Shown here: one piece after another, positions 38,870 to 48,627 of the stretch
Position numbering within the stretch: position 1 is the first letter of the stretch
Layout of the letters: the number at the start of each line of letters is the position of its first letter
Assembly (NCBI GenBank): GCA_963664395.2
Contig: OY761159.2
Span: 4,751,369 to 4,815,368 of the forward strand
DNA: 64,000 nucleotides
Origin: Candidatus Binatia bacterium
GTDB taxonomy: Bacteria; Desulfobacterota; Binatia; Bin18
Direction of reading: 5' to 3'
Program-made: the position numbers and the translations under genes
The notes under the pieces: generated by a model
Database searches by the model: none
What the model was told of the DNA's origin: nothing
The model's input: the letters and a program-made list of their open reading frames with translations, nothing else

Positions 38870-40297
38870 TCAGACTGCACCGCGAGGGCGTCCGCCCGTC
38901 CTCGTCCGCCACCATTCCCACGCCAGCAGCGCGTAAAAGGGTAGATACTCCAACCAGACCACCCAGCGGAAAGTTTCGGGCTCGCCGCGATAGAGAAAGT
39001 AAAAGGCAAGGTAGTACAGCCCGATGAGGCCGGACAAGAGCAGCCAGGAAGTACGCGGGAAAAGGCACACAAACGGCATGACCCACATAAAATACCACGG
39101 ATTGCCGACCGGACTGAGCAAGAGCAGCACCCCCACCACAAAGAAGCAGCCGCGCAAGAGCTGTAGTTCATTCCCCTCATTATTCCACCATAGGGCAACA
39201 AGAACTGCCCCCCCCAGACATCCAGCCACAACGCCATTCGCCAGCCAGCGACCTGCCATCACCTGACGGAATAGAGGGAACACAAAACTGTTGGTCTGCC
39301 ATTGTTCGGCAAATATGACAGAGCCCTGCCACAACGCGCTCCCGGCATCCACAAACGGGGCATAGCCGGCCACGACCACCAGACAGGCAATCGTAAGTCC
39401 GCCCCAAGCTCTTCCGAGACCGTGGCGTCGCCAAGCCTGATAGGCAAAGAGGGGCAACAGGACAACGGGGAAGACCTTACCCAATATGGCTCCACCCAGG
39501 CTCATACATCCGACCAGCGTCCGTCCGCTGACAAGCGCCCGCAGGGCCAGCAGAAGCAGAAAGATCGGGACGACATCATAATGCGGCGAGTTTATCGTTT
39601 CTTTGATGACCAGCGGTGACCAGGCATAGATCAGCACCCACAGCGGAGAACTGCCCAGGTGATGCAGTAACCCGACAATCACCACGCACACCGCGAGGTC
39701 AAAAAACAAGAAGACAAGCCGTAAGGCGAGCAAACTACCCGGCGCAACCAGGGCAGTCAGCCCAAATACCGCTTGCGCAACAGGGGGGTAAAGGGTCGGC
39801 ACCCCCGGATGGTTCACCCGAGACAGGAGGAAGGCAAAGTGCTCATCCGTGTCTGCTATGTCCCGGTAGGGTCGCAGCGGTCCCTCTTTGCCACTGTACA
39901 TTTGCACATCCAGTGGAGCGAAGCGGTACGGATTAAGACCGCTGGCAACCACCTTGCCATCCCACAGATAGCGATAGAAGTCGTCCTCCTGAATGGGCTC
40001 GGAAAAGAGTAAGACAAGCCGAAAGAAGACCGCAAAGATAAACACCAACGTCAGCGGGGTATGCTCAGCTCCCTGCCGTTTGACCCGCCACACCGCCACG
40101 GCGTAGACGCTAAAAGCGACTCCGTACAAACACACAAAGCTCCAGATCGGCCGTTCCTGGTGTCCTTGGCCATAGCTGAACGAATGACTCAAGCAGGCTA
40201 TGGCAGCATAAATAATAAGCAAAAGCACACCGAGGATGGTCAGCCAGCGGGAGAGGGAACGGTCAGGCATAGATGGACACTTCTCGGCTGAGTTCAA
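38870..40297 (-). CDS. GT-C (GT87/DUF2029-like) polytopic membrane glycosyltransferase
   Basis: EDDFYRYLWDG, NPY..AP, T.YPP.AQ, YAWSPL, PWY; many TM helices. Confidence 0.8.
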   Translation of the reverse strand: MNSAEKCPSMPDRSLSRWLTILGVLLLIIYAAIACLSHSFSYGQGHQERPIWSFVCLYGVAFSVYAVAVWRVKRQGAEHTPLTLVFIFAVFFRLVLLFSEPIQEDDFYRYLWDGKVVASGLNPYRFAPLDVQMYSGKEGPLRPYRDIADTDEHFAFLLSRVNHPGVPTLYPPVAQAVFGLTALVAPGSLLALRLVFLFFDLAVCVVIVGLLHHLGSSPLWVLIYAWSPLVIKETINSPHYDVVPIFLLLLALRALVSGRTLVGCMSLGGAILGKVFPVVLLPLFAYQAWRRHGLGRAWGGLTIACLVVVAGYAPFVDAGSALWQGSVIFAEQWQTNSFVFPLFRQVMAGRWLANGVVAGCLGGAVLVALWWNNEGNELQLLRGCFFVVGVLLLLSPVGNPWYFMWVMPFVCLFPRTSWLLLSGLIGLYYLAFYFLYRGEPETFRWVVWLEYLPFYALLAWEWWRTRTGGRPRGAV

Positions 40298-40397
40298 TGC
40301 GCATCTTCAGGCACTATTTCCCCTTCACTGTCACAGACACAGCCGCTTCAAGGAAGCCGAGGATGGTGACCGACGGCCCTCCTCGGACACATCTACG

Positions 40398-40487
40398 GGT
40401 TCCCCCGTACACGCGGGGATAGACCTCTTCCCAACACAAATGCCTGGCGTCGTTTCATGGTTCCCCCGTACACGCGGGGATAGACCG
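40398..40487 (+). CRISPR. Orphan type I-E-like CRISPR mini-array: 2 repeats, 1 spacer
   Basis: Identical GGTTCCCCCGTACACGCGGGGATAGACC at 40398-40425 and 40459-40486; 61-bp period; CCCCG/CGGGG hairpin and ATAGACC tail resemble the E. coli I-E repeat; no cas gene in the window. Confidence 0.8.
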
Positions 40488-40537
40488 GAATGAAGCATCC
40501 TTCCCCCTCCCCCCCCACGGCCTCACACGTCCAAACC

Positions 40538-40861
40538 TTACGGCGCAAACATCTCGCCCAAGACGGCCAAGACTTCTCGTGTGGCCTTGTCACTGATTTT
40601 CCCCAGGCGGCGAACCAGGCGTGTTTTGTCAATCGTGCGAATCTGGTCCAAGACGACCTGACCGCTTTTTCTCTGAAAGCGAACGGGAATACGGGTGGGA
40701 TAGGGACGACCTTTTGTTGTAAGCGGGGCAACGATAACGGTACCGATATGCCGGTTCATCTCATCAGGCGATATCACGACACATGGGCGCGTTTTCCGAA
40801 TTTCATACCCTTCGGTGGGATCAAGCCGCACCAGGTACACCTCAAAACGGGCAACTACCAT
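40538..40861 (-). CDS. mazF: PemK/MazF toxin
   Basis: VYLVRLDPTEGYEIRKTRPCVVISPDEMN, VAPLT, LDQIRTIDKTRL. Confidence 0.93.
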   Translation of the reverse strand: MVVARFEVYLVRLDPTEGYEIRKTRPCVVISPDEMNRHIGTVIVAPLTTKGRPYPTRIPVRFQRKSGQVVLDQIRTIDKTRLVRRLGKISDKATREVLAVLGEMFAP

Positions 40862-41109
40862 TCCCACTCCGTGGTATCCCATTCGGTGGCAGAGAGCGCG
40901 TCTTTATCCACAAGAGCATCGTCCTGGTGCTCGTGCATGTGCCGAAAAGCGTCCTCCCAGCGACTCCGGGGCCTCGAAGCCGGTCGAACAACCAGATGGT
41001 CGTCCCGTAGTTCGAGTTCCACTTTGTCCCGGAGTTGGCACTGTTCCAAAAACGCTTTGGGGATACGGATGCCGCGCGAATTCCCAATTTGAACGAGGGC
41101 GGTTTTCAT
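40855..41109 (-). CDS. mazE: AbrB/MazE antitoxin
   Basis: LVQIGNSRGIRIPK, RSRWEDAF, acidic WDTTEWEW tail; overlaps mazF. Confidence 0.93.
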   Translation of the reverse strand: MKTALVQIGNSRGIRIPKAFLEQCQLRDKVELELRDDHLVVRPASRPRSRWEDAFRHMHEHQDDALVDKDALSATEWDTTEWEW

Positions 41110-41132
41110 CAGAAAGCCTCCGTTTTGTTGAA

Positions 41133-41173
41133 GTACTTACAATGTGAGTACGAGGATGGGTACGCTGTGTCAA
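41133..41173 (-). promoter_or_regulatory. mazEF promoter and operator palindrome
   Basis: TTGACA on the minus strand (41173-41168); near-perfect palindrome GTACTTACA-A-TGTGAGTAC at 41133-41151 over the -10 region. Confidence 0.6.
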
Positions 41174-41214
41174 CATTCGAGAGTTGGAGGTGAAGAGGGA
41201 TGTCGGTTCACCCC

Positions 41215-42165
41215 TCAGCTTTTCTCAAGTGCCGGTTGTGACGGCCAGAGCGATAAGCCGGAGCGAAATAAGAGGAACAGACCGCCCAACGTCACAGGTA
41301 CATACAGGGCAAGGTGGGCGACAATGGAGAAACTGAGCGCGTCTTCCTTTGACACGGAGAAGAAGGACAAGGCCACAACCACAGCATATTGGAAGACGCC
41401 AATAAAACCCGGCGCCGACGGCAGCGCAACACCCACAGCAACCAGCAGCATAACCATGAACGCTGCTTCAAGCGGCAACGAAAAGGCGCAGGCATACAAC
41501 AATAACCAAAAATAGATCACCATGCCGCCCCATATCAGCGTCGAGAACGCCAAGGTCTTCAAGAGGAATGGGCCACTGCGCAAAACCTGAAGACTGCCCA
41601 GGAATGCTTCGACCATGGGCTGCATCCGCTGCGGCACTCTCCGCACCCACTTCAGATTTTCTCCCTGAACCAGCCACCAGCCTGCTCCGAGCAGAACAAC
41701 TACCAGACTCAAGAAAAGCACGTTTGGTGCAACATAGCCCCCCAACGCGGGTATAAGCGGCAGGCCGATGGCGAGGAAAAGGCTCACCAGCAGCATATCG
41801 AATACACGGTCCAGGGTTCCGGTCGCGAGCGCTAGACTCATGGAGACAGGCCCTAAACGAACCAAGGCATACAGCCGCAACAATTCTCCCGCCCGCAGCG
41901 GAAGGATATTATTCCCCATAAACCCGATGAGGGTTGCCGAGAAGAAGACTGAAACTGGCAAATGGGCAACCGGAGCAACAAGCAACTGCCAGCGATACGC
42001 TCGAAAGAGAAAAACGATGCCGAGCCAGAGCGTCGAAAGGATGAGGATACCCAAGTCTACAGCGCCAAAGGCCTGCACGACTTCAGACCATTCCACGCCA
42101 CGCACGGCCAGATAGCCACAGCCAAGGCTAAGGGCGAGACCCAGAGCAACTTTCAGAATTTTCAA
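41215..42165 (-). CDS. Lysylphosphatidylglycerol synthase TM / flippase-like (UPF0104) membrane protein
   Basis: RAYRW, GFMGNNILPLRAGELLR, DRVFD, LPSAPGFIGVFQ. Confidence 0.85.
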   Translation of the reverse strand: MKILKVALGLALSLGCGYLAVRGVEWSEVVQAFGAVDLGILILSTLWLGIVFLFRAYRWQLLVAPVAHLPVSVFFSATLIGFMGNNILPLRAGELLRLYALVRLGPVSMSLALATGTLDRVFDMLLVSLFLAIGLPLIPALGGYVAPNVLFLSLVVVLLGAGWWLVQGENLKWVRRVPQRMQPMVEAFLGSLQVLRSGPFLLKTLAFSTLIWGGMVIYFWLLLYACAFSLPLEAAFMVMLLVAVGVALPSAPGFIGVFQYAVVVALSFFSVSKEDALSFSIVAHLALYVPVTLGGLFLLFRSGLSLWPSQPALEKS

Positions 42166-42212
42166 GCAAGGCTTTCTTGGGTTGGAAGTGCGAGCGGATT
42201 TCTTCCAAAAGG

Positions 42213-42286
42213 CGCGCCCGGGGTGACTCGAACACCCAACCTACGGGTTCGAAGCCCGGTGCTCTATCCAATTGAGCTACGGGCGC
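42213..42286 (-). tRNA. tRNA-Arg (TCG)
   Basis: GCGCCCGTAGCTCAATTGGATAGAGCACCGGGCTTCGAACCCGTAGGTTGGGTGTTCGAGTCACCCCGGGCGCG; A20 and anticodon TCG. Confidence 0.92.
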
Positions 42287-42370
42287 GCATGGTGAAAGCA
42301 GAGCTTTCACGCCTGGAGCAAGGGCTCCGGCCCCGTCCCCTTTTGCGCTCTCAGCGTATGGTGCGGACTG

Positions 42371-43597
42371 TCAAAGTGCAAGGCCACGCTCGCGCTGCTC
42401 GGCCTCCCCTGCGAGAGAACCGACGGGGCCTTCTGCCCAATACAAGCGACACGACATGGCCTTAATCACCAAAAAGACTCTGCTCCCGACCTTCAGACCC
42501 AGCTCAACAAACGATCTCTCAGTCACTTCAACGGTCAGTGGAGGAAGGTCGGGACTGAGTTCGGCTGTTGCTAATCCGACATGACCGACGGAGTGGAGCT
42601 GCGTTATACGCGCCGGCAGAATATTGCGGGCCGAGAGCCCTTCGGGCCGCTTGGAGGCGAGCATGATATCGCTGGCGGGGATACTGGCCAGCATAGCCTC
42701 GCCCGGTCGCGCCTCTGAACGAATCGTCACCAACTCGACCGGAGTGCCCTCACCGACTTCCGCTTCTCCTAACCGAACCCGACTCGTGCTGCCCTGGTCG
42801 TCTACCATGCGGCAGGGAAGAACGTTCTCAAAGCCCTGCTGTTCCGCCAGCGGAAAAACCTGGGGGTCGGTGAGGACGGCGCGCGGGGCGCCGTGCGCAA
42901 TCATCCTTCCGTTTTGCAGCACAATCAGATCGTCACACAGCGCCTGCACTTCGAGCGGGTCGTGTGACACGAATAACATGGGAATCTGAAATTCAGAGCG
43001 GACACGCCGGAGAAAAGGCAATAGTTTTCGTCTCAGGGCTAAGTCCAAAGAGGCAAACGGTTCATCCAGCAATAACAAACGCGGCCCGGAGCAAATCGCG
43101 CGCCCCAGCGCCACCCGCTGCCGTTCGCCACCGGACAGGGTGTGCGCCGTTCTCTCAAGCAGCGGGCCGAGTTCGAGGATATGGACGGCTGTTTCAAATG
43201 TCTGCCGGACGGCATAGCCGTTCCGCACTGCGCGTTTCTTACCGGCGAGCAGGTTCTGCCGCACGTTCTTGTGCGGGAAGAGGAGGCCACCTTGCGGGAC
43301 ATAGCCGATATGGCGCTGCCACGGCTTCACACATACCCCGCGCTGGCTATCAAGCCACGTCTCATGTCCCAGGCTGATGATGCCTTGGGCGTGGCGGCGT
43401 ATGCCACACACCGCTTCCAGCACACTGGTTTTTCCGGCTCCAGATGCACCGAAAATCCCGGTCACCTGTTTTTCAGTGTTCAGGTCTACGCTCAGCTCAA
43501 AACGATCCAGCGGGAGACGGACCTGAACCCGCAGACCGGGGGACGCTGCCGGAGCTGTCACCGGAGTCGTCATGGGAGTCGTTATGGGAGTCGTCAT
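42371..43597 (-). CDS. modC: Molybdate ABC transporter ATP-binding protein
   Basis: GASGAGKT, LSGGERQRVA, LLDEP, C-terminal TOBE (GLSARNIL, VIKA). Confidence 0.93.
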   Translation of the reverse strand: MTTPITTPMTTPVTAPAASPGLRVQVRLPLDRFELSVDLNTEKQVTGIFGASGAGKTSVLEAVCGIRRHAQGIISLGHETWLDSQRGVCVKPWQRHIGYVPQGGLLFPHKNVRQNLLAGKKRAVRNGYAVRQTFETAVHILELGPLLERTAHTLSGGERQRVALGRAICSGPRLLLLDEPFASLDLALRRKLLPFLRRVRSEFQIPMLFVSHDPLEVQALCDDLIVLQNGRMIAHGAPRAVLTDPQVFPLAEQQGFENVLPCRMVDDQGSTSRVRLGEAEVGEGTPVELVTIRSEARPGEAMLASIPASDIMLASKRPEGLSARNILPARITQLHSVGHVGLATAELSPDLPPLTVEVTERSFVELGLKVGSRVFLVIKAMSCRLYWAEGPVGSLAGEAEQRERGLAL

Positions 43598-43598
43598 G
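43563..43598. repeat. 3 x 12-bp tandem repeat across the modB stop/modC start
   Basis: ggagtcgtcatg-ggagtcgttatg-ggagtcgtcatg, giving MTTPITTPMTTP. Confidence 0.85.
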
Positions 43599-44277
43599 GG
43601 CGCGCGATTCCGGACAGCGACCGCCCCTGCGCGAGCAGTTCAGTGCTCATAATGGCCAGGAAGCCGATCACTAGAGCGCTCAGCATAAAAAAATCAGCTC
43701 TTTCGTGAGCCCCGACCTGCTGAGCGCTGAAAATGGCCGCGGCAATGGTTTGCGTACGGCCGGGGATATTGCCGGCAATGGTCACGGTTGCGCCGAACTC
43801 ACCCATGGCACGGGTAAAACCAAGGATTACCGCGGCTAGTAAGCCACGTCGCGCCATGGGCAAACTGTACTGAAAAAACGTCGCCAGCCGGCCGTGCCCT
43901 AACGTTTGGGCCATCAATTCGAGGCGGGGGTTAATGGCCTCAAACGTGGCTTTGGCGGTTCGCGCAACGAGCGGCAGCGACATGGTTGCCGTGGCAATCA
44001 CCGCCCCTTTCCACGTCAGGAGGATGTGCAGGTCAAAGCCCAGACTCTCGCGCCCGAGTGGCCCGTCAACGGCAAAGAGGCGTAACAACAGGAAACCGAC
44101 TGCGGTGGGAGGCAGGACGAGCGGCAAGCCAACAAGTGCCGACAGGACGTGTTTGCCCCAGAACTCATACCGCGCCAACACATAGCCCAAGAGCGTTGCC
44201 GGCAGCAGGACCAGGAGCGTCGAGACGCTGGCGACTTGGAGGGTCAAAATGATGACGGGCCAGACTTCGGGACTCAT
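43594..44277 (-). CDS. modB: Molybdate ABC transporter permease
   Basis: LPLVLPPTAVG, RAMGEFGAT, AGNIPGRTQT. Confidence 0.95.
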   Translation of the reverse strand: MSPEVWPVIILTLQVASVSTLLVLLPATLLGYVLARYEFWGKHVLSALVGLPLVLPPTAVGFLLLRLFAVDGPLGRESLGFDLHILLTWKGAVIATATMSLPLVARTAKATFEAINPRLELMAQTLGHGRLATFFQYSLPMARRGLLAAVILGFTRAMGEFGATVTIAGNIPGRTQTIAAAIFSAQQVGAHERADFFMLSALVIGFLAIMSTELLAQGRSLSGIARP

Positions 44278-44278
44278 G

Positions 44279-44312
44279 CTGCTTCAACAACCTTCTGCTT
44301 CAACAACCTTCT
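44279..44312. repeat. 2 x 16-bp tandem duplication at the modA/modB junction
   Basis: ctgcttcaacaacctt x2. Confidence 0.85.
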
Positions 44313-45130
44313 TGGGGTCTTCTCTCGCCGACAACAAAGCCATGCGCCTCGTACAGTGCCACGGCCTCGGCGCTGTGTAAAAAGTTCAGAAATTGTTCCG
44401 CCAACTCCGGCCGAGGACGATGGTGTATGGCAACGGCGCAATAGATGATCGGTTGGTGCAGATGGGGAGGCACTTCGGCCAAGACCCTGACCTTGGCTGA
44501 GCTCGCCGCATCCGTTCGATACACAATACCGATGATCCTGGGGTCCGATTCTACCAGCCCGAGAGCAGCCCGGACATCGGTGGTCGGTGCGATTTTGTCC
44601 CGGACCGCCTCCCATAACGAGTGGCCGGTTAGTTCGACTGCTTGCAGAAACGTCTTGGCATAGCGGCCGACCGGTACGGCCTCGGGGTCGGCCAGGACCA
44701 GGAAGGAGAAGGGCAGCGAGGCAAGGCCGCGCGGAGTGGACAAGCGGAAATCGGCGTCGGTGCGGCTCACGATAACCAGACGATTTGAGAGAAAATTGCG
44801 CCGAGACTGCGGGATGGTGATCTCGGCCTTTTCCAGGACATCAACCCAATCCGGATTGGCCGATAGAAAAACGTCGGCTTCGGGCGAGGCGTGGAGTTGC
44901 AGGGCGAGGGTATTGGACCCGGCAAAATTATACACCACCTCTGCCTGATGTGTCCGGGCAAAAACGGCCCCGATTGCTTGCACCACATCGCGCAAGCTGG
45001 CCGCGGCAAAAACGACGACAGCCGGCTTTTCCTGTTCGGGCGCACGACATCCCGCTAACAGGGCGACTGCCGTGAGCAGACTGAAGATAAGACTGGCTAA
45101 GCGCAGTGGCTTTCGCAGTGTCGGCACCAT
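44300..45130 (-). CDS. modA: Molybdate ABC transporter substrate-binding lipoprotein
   Basis: LAGC lipobox, VFAAASL, NFAGS, ADVFLSAN, DP..VPVGRYA, VYRTDA. Confidence 0.93.
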   Translation of the reverse strand: MVPTLRKPLRLASLIFSLLTAVALLAGCRAPEQEKPAVVVFAAASLRDVVQAIGAVFARTHQAEVVYNFAGSNTLALQLHASPEADVFLSANPDWVDVLEKAEITIPQSRRNFLSNRLVIVSRTDADFRLSTPRGLASLPFSFLVLADPEAVPVGRYAKTFLQAVELTGHSLWEAVRDKIAPTTDVRAALGLVESDPRIIGIVYRTDAASSAKVRVLAEVPPHLHQPIIYCAVAIHHRPRPELAEQFLNFLHSAEAVALYEAHGFVVGERRPQEGC

Positions 45131-45169
45131 GCCCCCATCAGGTAGGCCAAATCGGGCGCAGGTCAGCGG

Positions 45170-46600
45170 CTATTTGACCGTCCAGGTGGTGCCCGTCGGG
45201 CTATCTTTGAGAATAAAGCCTTGGTCGGCAAGCTGGTCGCGGATTTCGTCCGCACGCTGGAAATTCTTCTCTTTCCGGGCAGCAGTCCGTTCGGCTATCA
45301 ATGCCTCAATTGCCTCAGGGGTGAGGCTGGCTTCCGCCAGGCCGGTCTGCTTTTGATGCTCTAGAAATTGTGCAGGGGACTCTTCAAGCAGGCCGATCAC
45401 ATTGCCTATTGTGGCAATATCACGGCGGAGCTGCGCCACTGTCCGGATCTGGCCGGCATCCAACTCGCGGTTCATTTCGCGCACAACGTCAAAGATCACA
45501 CCCAGAGCGCGGGGCGTATTGCAGTCATCATCCATGGCTTCACGGAAACGGCTGACGAATGCAGACTCGGCAGACCCAGCAGACTCGGCCTGGGCGTTGG
45601 CTGCACCAATCGCTGCGTCGGCGCGGGCGAGCGTTTCATAGATGCGCGTCAAGCCTTTTTCCGCCTCTTCCAACTTTTGGGTCGAGAAGTCGAGCGCCAT
45701 CCGATAGTGAGACGAGAGTAAGACTTGACGTAAGACTTCCGGCGTAGAGACTTTGCCCAGCGCCTCGCCGATCGTTAAGAAGTTGCCCAAAGATTTCGAC
45801 ATCTTTTCCCGCTCGACTGTAACCATGCCGTTGTGCAGCCAGTAGCGGGCGAGCGCACAGTCTTTTGCGCCTTCGGACTGGGCGATCTCGTTTTCATGGT
45901 GCGGAAAAACAAGATCGGCTCCGCCGCCGTGAATGTCGAAGGGCTGGCCGAGATATTTACTGCTCATGGCCGAGCACTCGATATGCCAGCCCGGACGGCC
46001 TTTCCCCCAGGGGCTGTCCCAGGCCGGCTCTCCGGGCTTACTGGACTTCCAGAGGGCAAAGTCCATGGGATGGCGCTTGCGCGCGTCCACTTCTATGCGA
46101 GCCCCGGCCGCCATATCTTCCAAACGACGATGGGCCAGCTTGCCGTATTCGGCAAAACGATCCACCGCATAATACACATCTCCATCCACGGCGTACGCGA
46201 GCTGTTTGGATTCGAGCTCGTGGATGAGGGTAATCATCTCCGGGATGTGTTGGGTTGCGCGTGGCTCATGCGTAGGCGGCAGGCAGCGCAGGGCCTGCAT
46301 GTCGGTGTTGAAGGCTTGGATATACGTTTCGGTCAGCTCTTCGGCCGAGATGCCTCGCTCATTGGCACGGTTGATAATTTTGTCGTCCACATCGGTGAAA
46401 TTGCGCACAAACGTCACCTCATAACCGGAGAACTTGAGGTAACGATAGATGACGTCAAAGGCGACCAAGGCACGCGCATGACCAATATGGGAACGGTCGT
46501 ATACCGTTACCCCACACACATACATGCGGGCTTCGCCAGGCGTGAGCGGGACAAACGCTTCTTCTTTTCCCGTCAGGGTATTGTGAAAACGCAGGGCCAT
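45170..46600 (-). CDS. cysS: Cysteine--tRNA ligase
   Basis: CGVTVYD, HIGH, DFALWK, GRPGWHIECSAM, FPHHENE, KMSKS. Confidence 0.98.
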   Translation of the reverse strand: MALRFHNTLTGKEEAFVPLTPGEARMYVCGVTVYDRSHIGHARALVAFDVIYRYLKFSGYEVTFVRNFTDVDDKIINRANERGISAEELTETYIQAFNTDMQALRCLPPTHEPRATQHIPEMITLIHELESKQLAYAVDGDVYYAVDRFAEYGKLAHRRLEDMAAGARIEVDARKRHPMDFALWKSSKPGEPAWDSPWGKGRPGWHIECSAMSSKYLGQPFDIHGGGADLVFPHHENEIAQSEGAKDCALARYWLHNGMVTVEREKMSKSLGNFLTIGEALGKVSTPEVLRQVLLSSHYRMALDFSTQKLEEAEKGLTRIYETLARADAAIGAANAQAESAGSAESAFVSRFREAMDDDCNTPRALGVIFDVVREMNRELDAGQIRTVAQLRRDIATIGNVIGLLEESPAQFLEHQKQTGLAEASLTPEAIEALIAERTAARKEKNFQRADEIRDQLADQGFILKDSPTGTTWTVK

Positions 46601-46635
46601 GCGTTCTTTCTCAAAATTACGCCAACTACGCCCAA

Positions 46636-48606
46636 TTACGCTTGCAGCCGTCCTTCGACTAATTGATCAACAACGGAAGGATCAGCCAGAGTTGACGTAT
46701 CGCCGAGCTGATCAAGCGCGCCTTCGCCAATTTTACGCAGGATGCGGCGCATGATTTTTCCACTCCGCGTCTTGGGCAGGCCGTCGGCGAACTGCACTTT
46801 ATCCGGCGTCGCGTGTGGGCCGATCTCTCGGCGGACCGTATTATGCAACTCTTTCACCATGTCCGGAGATGACTGCTGGCCGGTCTTGAGCGTTACAAAG
46901 GCGTAGATGCCCTGCCCTTTGAGGTCGTGCGGCATCCCCACCACTGCGGCCTCGGCCACAGCCGGATGCTTGCCCAACGCGCCTTCAATCTCGGCTGTTC
47001 CCAAACGGTGACCGGACACATTGATCACGTCGTCCACACGGCCGGTGATCCAGTAGTAGCCGTCTTCATCTCGCCGGCAGCCATCGCCCGAGAAATATTT
47101 GCCGGGATAGAGGGAGAAATAGGTCTGAATAAAGCGTTCGTGGTCGCCGTACACCGTGCGCATGATGCCCGGCCAGGGGAACTTCAGACACAAATTCCCG
47201 GAGACACCGTTGCCCTCGATCTCCGTGCCGTGATCGTCTACCAGACAGGGTTGGACGCCAAAGAAGGGACGGGTGGCCGAGCCTGGCTTGGTTTTTGTTG
47301 CTCCCGGCAAGGGCGTAATCATAATTCCGCCGGTTTCGGTCTGCCACCAGGTGTCGACAATCGGACACCGTTCTTTGCCTATAGATTGAAAATACCAGTG
47401 CCATTCAGGGCTTTTAATCGGCTCGCCGACCGTGCCGAGAATGCGCAGGCTGGACAGATCATACTGGGCTGGCCAGGAGTCGCCTTCTTTCATAAGCGCG
47501 CGCAGCGCGGTTGGCGCGGTATAGAAAATGTTGACTTTATGCTGTTCGACAATCTGCCAGAAACGACCAAAATCCGGGTAATTGGGCACACCCTCGAACA
47601 TCATGGTCGTCGCCCGGTTCGCCATCGGGCCGTAGACGATATAGCTATGACCGGTCACCCAGCCAATATCGGCCGTACACCAGTAGATATCTCCGGGCCG
47701 ATAGTCGAACACATAGCGGTGGGTCATGGAGGTGTAGACCAGATAGCCACCTGTCGTATGCAATACGCCCTTGGGCTTGCCGGTCGAGCCGGAGGTGTAC
47801 AGGATGAATAATGGATCTTCGGCATCCATGGGTTCCGGCTCACACGTCGTCGGCTGTGCCGCCACTTGCTCGTGCCACCAGACATCACGCCCGTCCTGCA
47901 TCCCGACCTCGTGTCCGGTGCGCCGGACGACAACGACCTTCTCAATAGACGGGCATTCGGCCACGGCGGCATCGGCATTGGCCTTCATGGGGATGTCATT
48001 CTTCGCCCCACGCAGTCCCGTATCCTGGGTAATCAAGAGCTTGCATGCAGAGTCCTGAATACGGTCACGCAGTGAATCCGGCGAAAATGCACCAAAAACA
48101 ATGGAATGTACCGCCCCAATACGCGTACAGGCCAACATCGCCACCGGCAGTTCAGGGATCATCTGCATATAAATGCAAACACGATCACCTTTTTTTACTC
48201 CAAGTGCCGTGAGCGCGTTGGCAAACTGGCAGACCTGGTCCAAAAGCTCGGCGTACGAAAACTTTTTGCTTTCCTCCTGGTTATTGCCCTGCCAAATGAG
48301 AGCGGTCTGAGCGCCGGCGCCGGCGTTGACATGCCGGTCCAGGCAATTATGAGAGACGTTGAGCTTGCCGTTGAGAAACCATTTGATATCAGCCTTGTGG
48401 AAATCCCACTCCACGACCTTGTCCCATTTTTGAAACCACTCAAGCTGTTTTTCGGCGTGTTCCGCCCAGAAGCCTTCCGGGTCTTGAATGGAGCGCTCAT
48501 ACATCTGCTGATAGGTCTCCGGGTCAATGGCAGTCTGCCCCTGTACGGCAGCAGGAATGTCATAGATCAGATCACCGCCAAGTCCGTCTGCTCGCTCGTC
48601 CGCCAT
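46636..48606 (-). CDS. acs: Acetyl-CoA synthetase
   Basis: [39 protein letters not shown]. Confidence 0.98.
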   Translation of the reverse strand: MADERADGLGGDLIYDIPAAVQGQTAIDPETYQQMYERSIQDPEGFWAEHAEKQLEWFQKWDKVVEWDFHKADIKWFLNGKLNVSHNCLDRHVNAGAGAQTALIWQGNNQEESKKFSYAELLDQVCQFANALTALGVKKGDRVCIYMQMIPELPVAMLACTRIGAVHSIVFGAFSPDSLRDRIQDSACKLLITQDTGLRGAKNDIPMKANADAAVAECPSIEKVVVVRRTGHEVGMQDGRDVWWHEQVAAQPTTCEPEPMDAEDPLFILYTSGSTGKPKGVLHTTGGYLVYTSMTHRYVFDYRPGDIYWCTADIGWVTGHSYIVYGPMANRATTMMFEGVPNYPDFGRFWQIVEQHKVNIFYTAPTALRALMKEGDSWPAQYDLSSLRILGTVGEPIKSPEWHWYFQSIGKERCPIVDTWWQTETGGIMITPLPGATKTKPGSATRPFFGVQPCLVDDHGTEIEGNGVSGNLCLKFPWPGIMRTVYGDHERFIQTYFSLYPGKYFSGDGCRRDEDGYYWITGRVDDVINVSGHRLGTAEIEGALGKHPAVAEAAVVGMPHDLKGQGIYAFVTLKTGQQSSPDMVKELHNTVRREIGPHATPDKVQFADGLPKTRSGKIMRRILRKIGEGALDQLGDTSTLADPSVVDQLVEGRLQA

Positions 48607-48627
48607 TGTGCCCTCCTGATTGATTCT

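Noticed and set aside
40426-40458. CRISPR spacer targeting the mazEF promoter or another site in the window
   Set aside because: By eye only chance-level matches were found (about 9-10 nt in ftsH near 7888-7897, 7 nt in mazE). A computational search is still needed.
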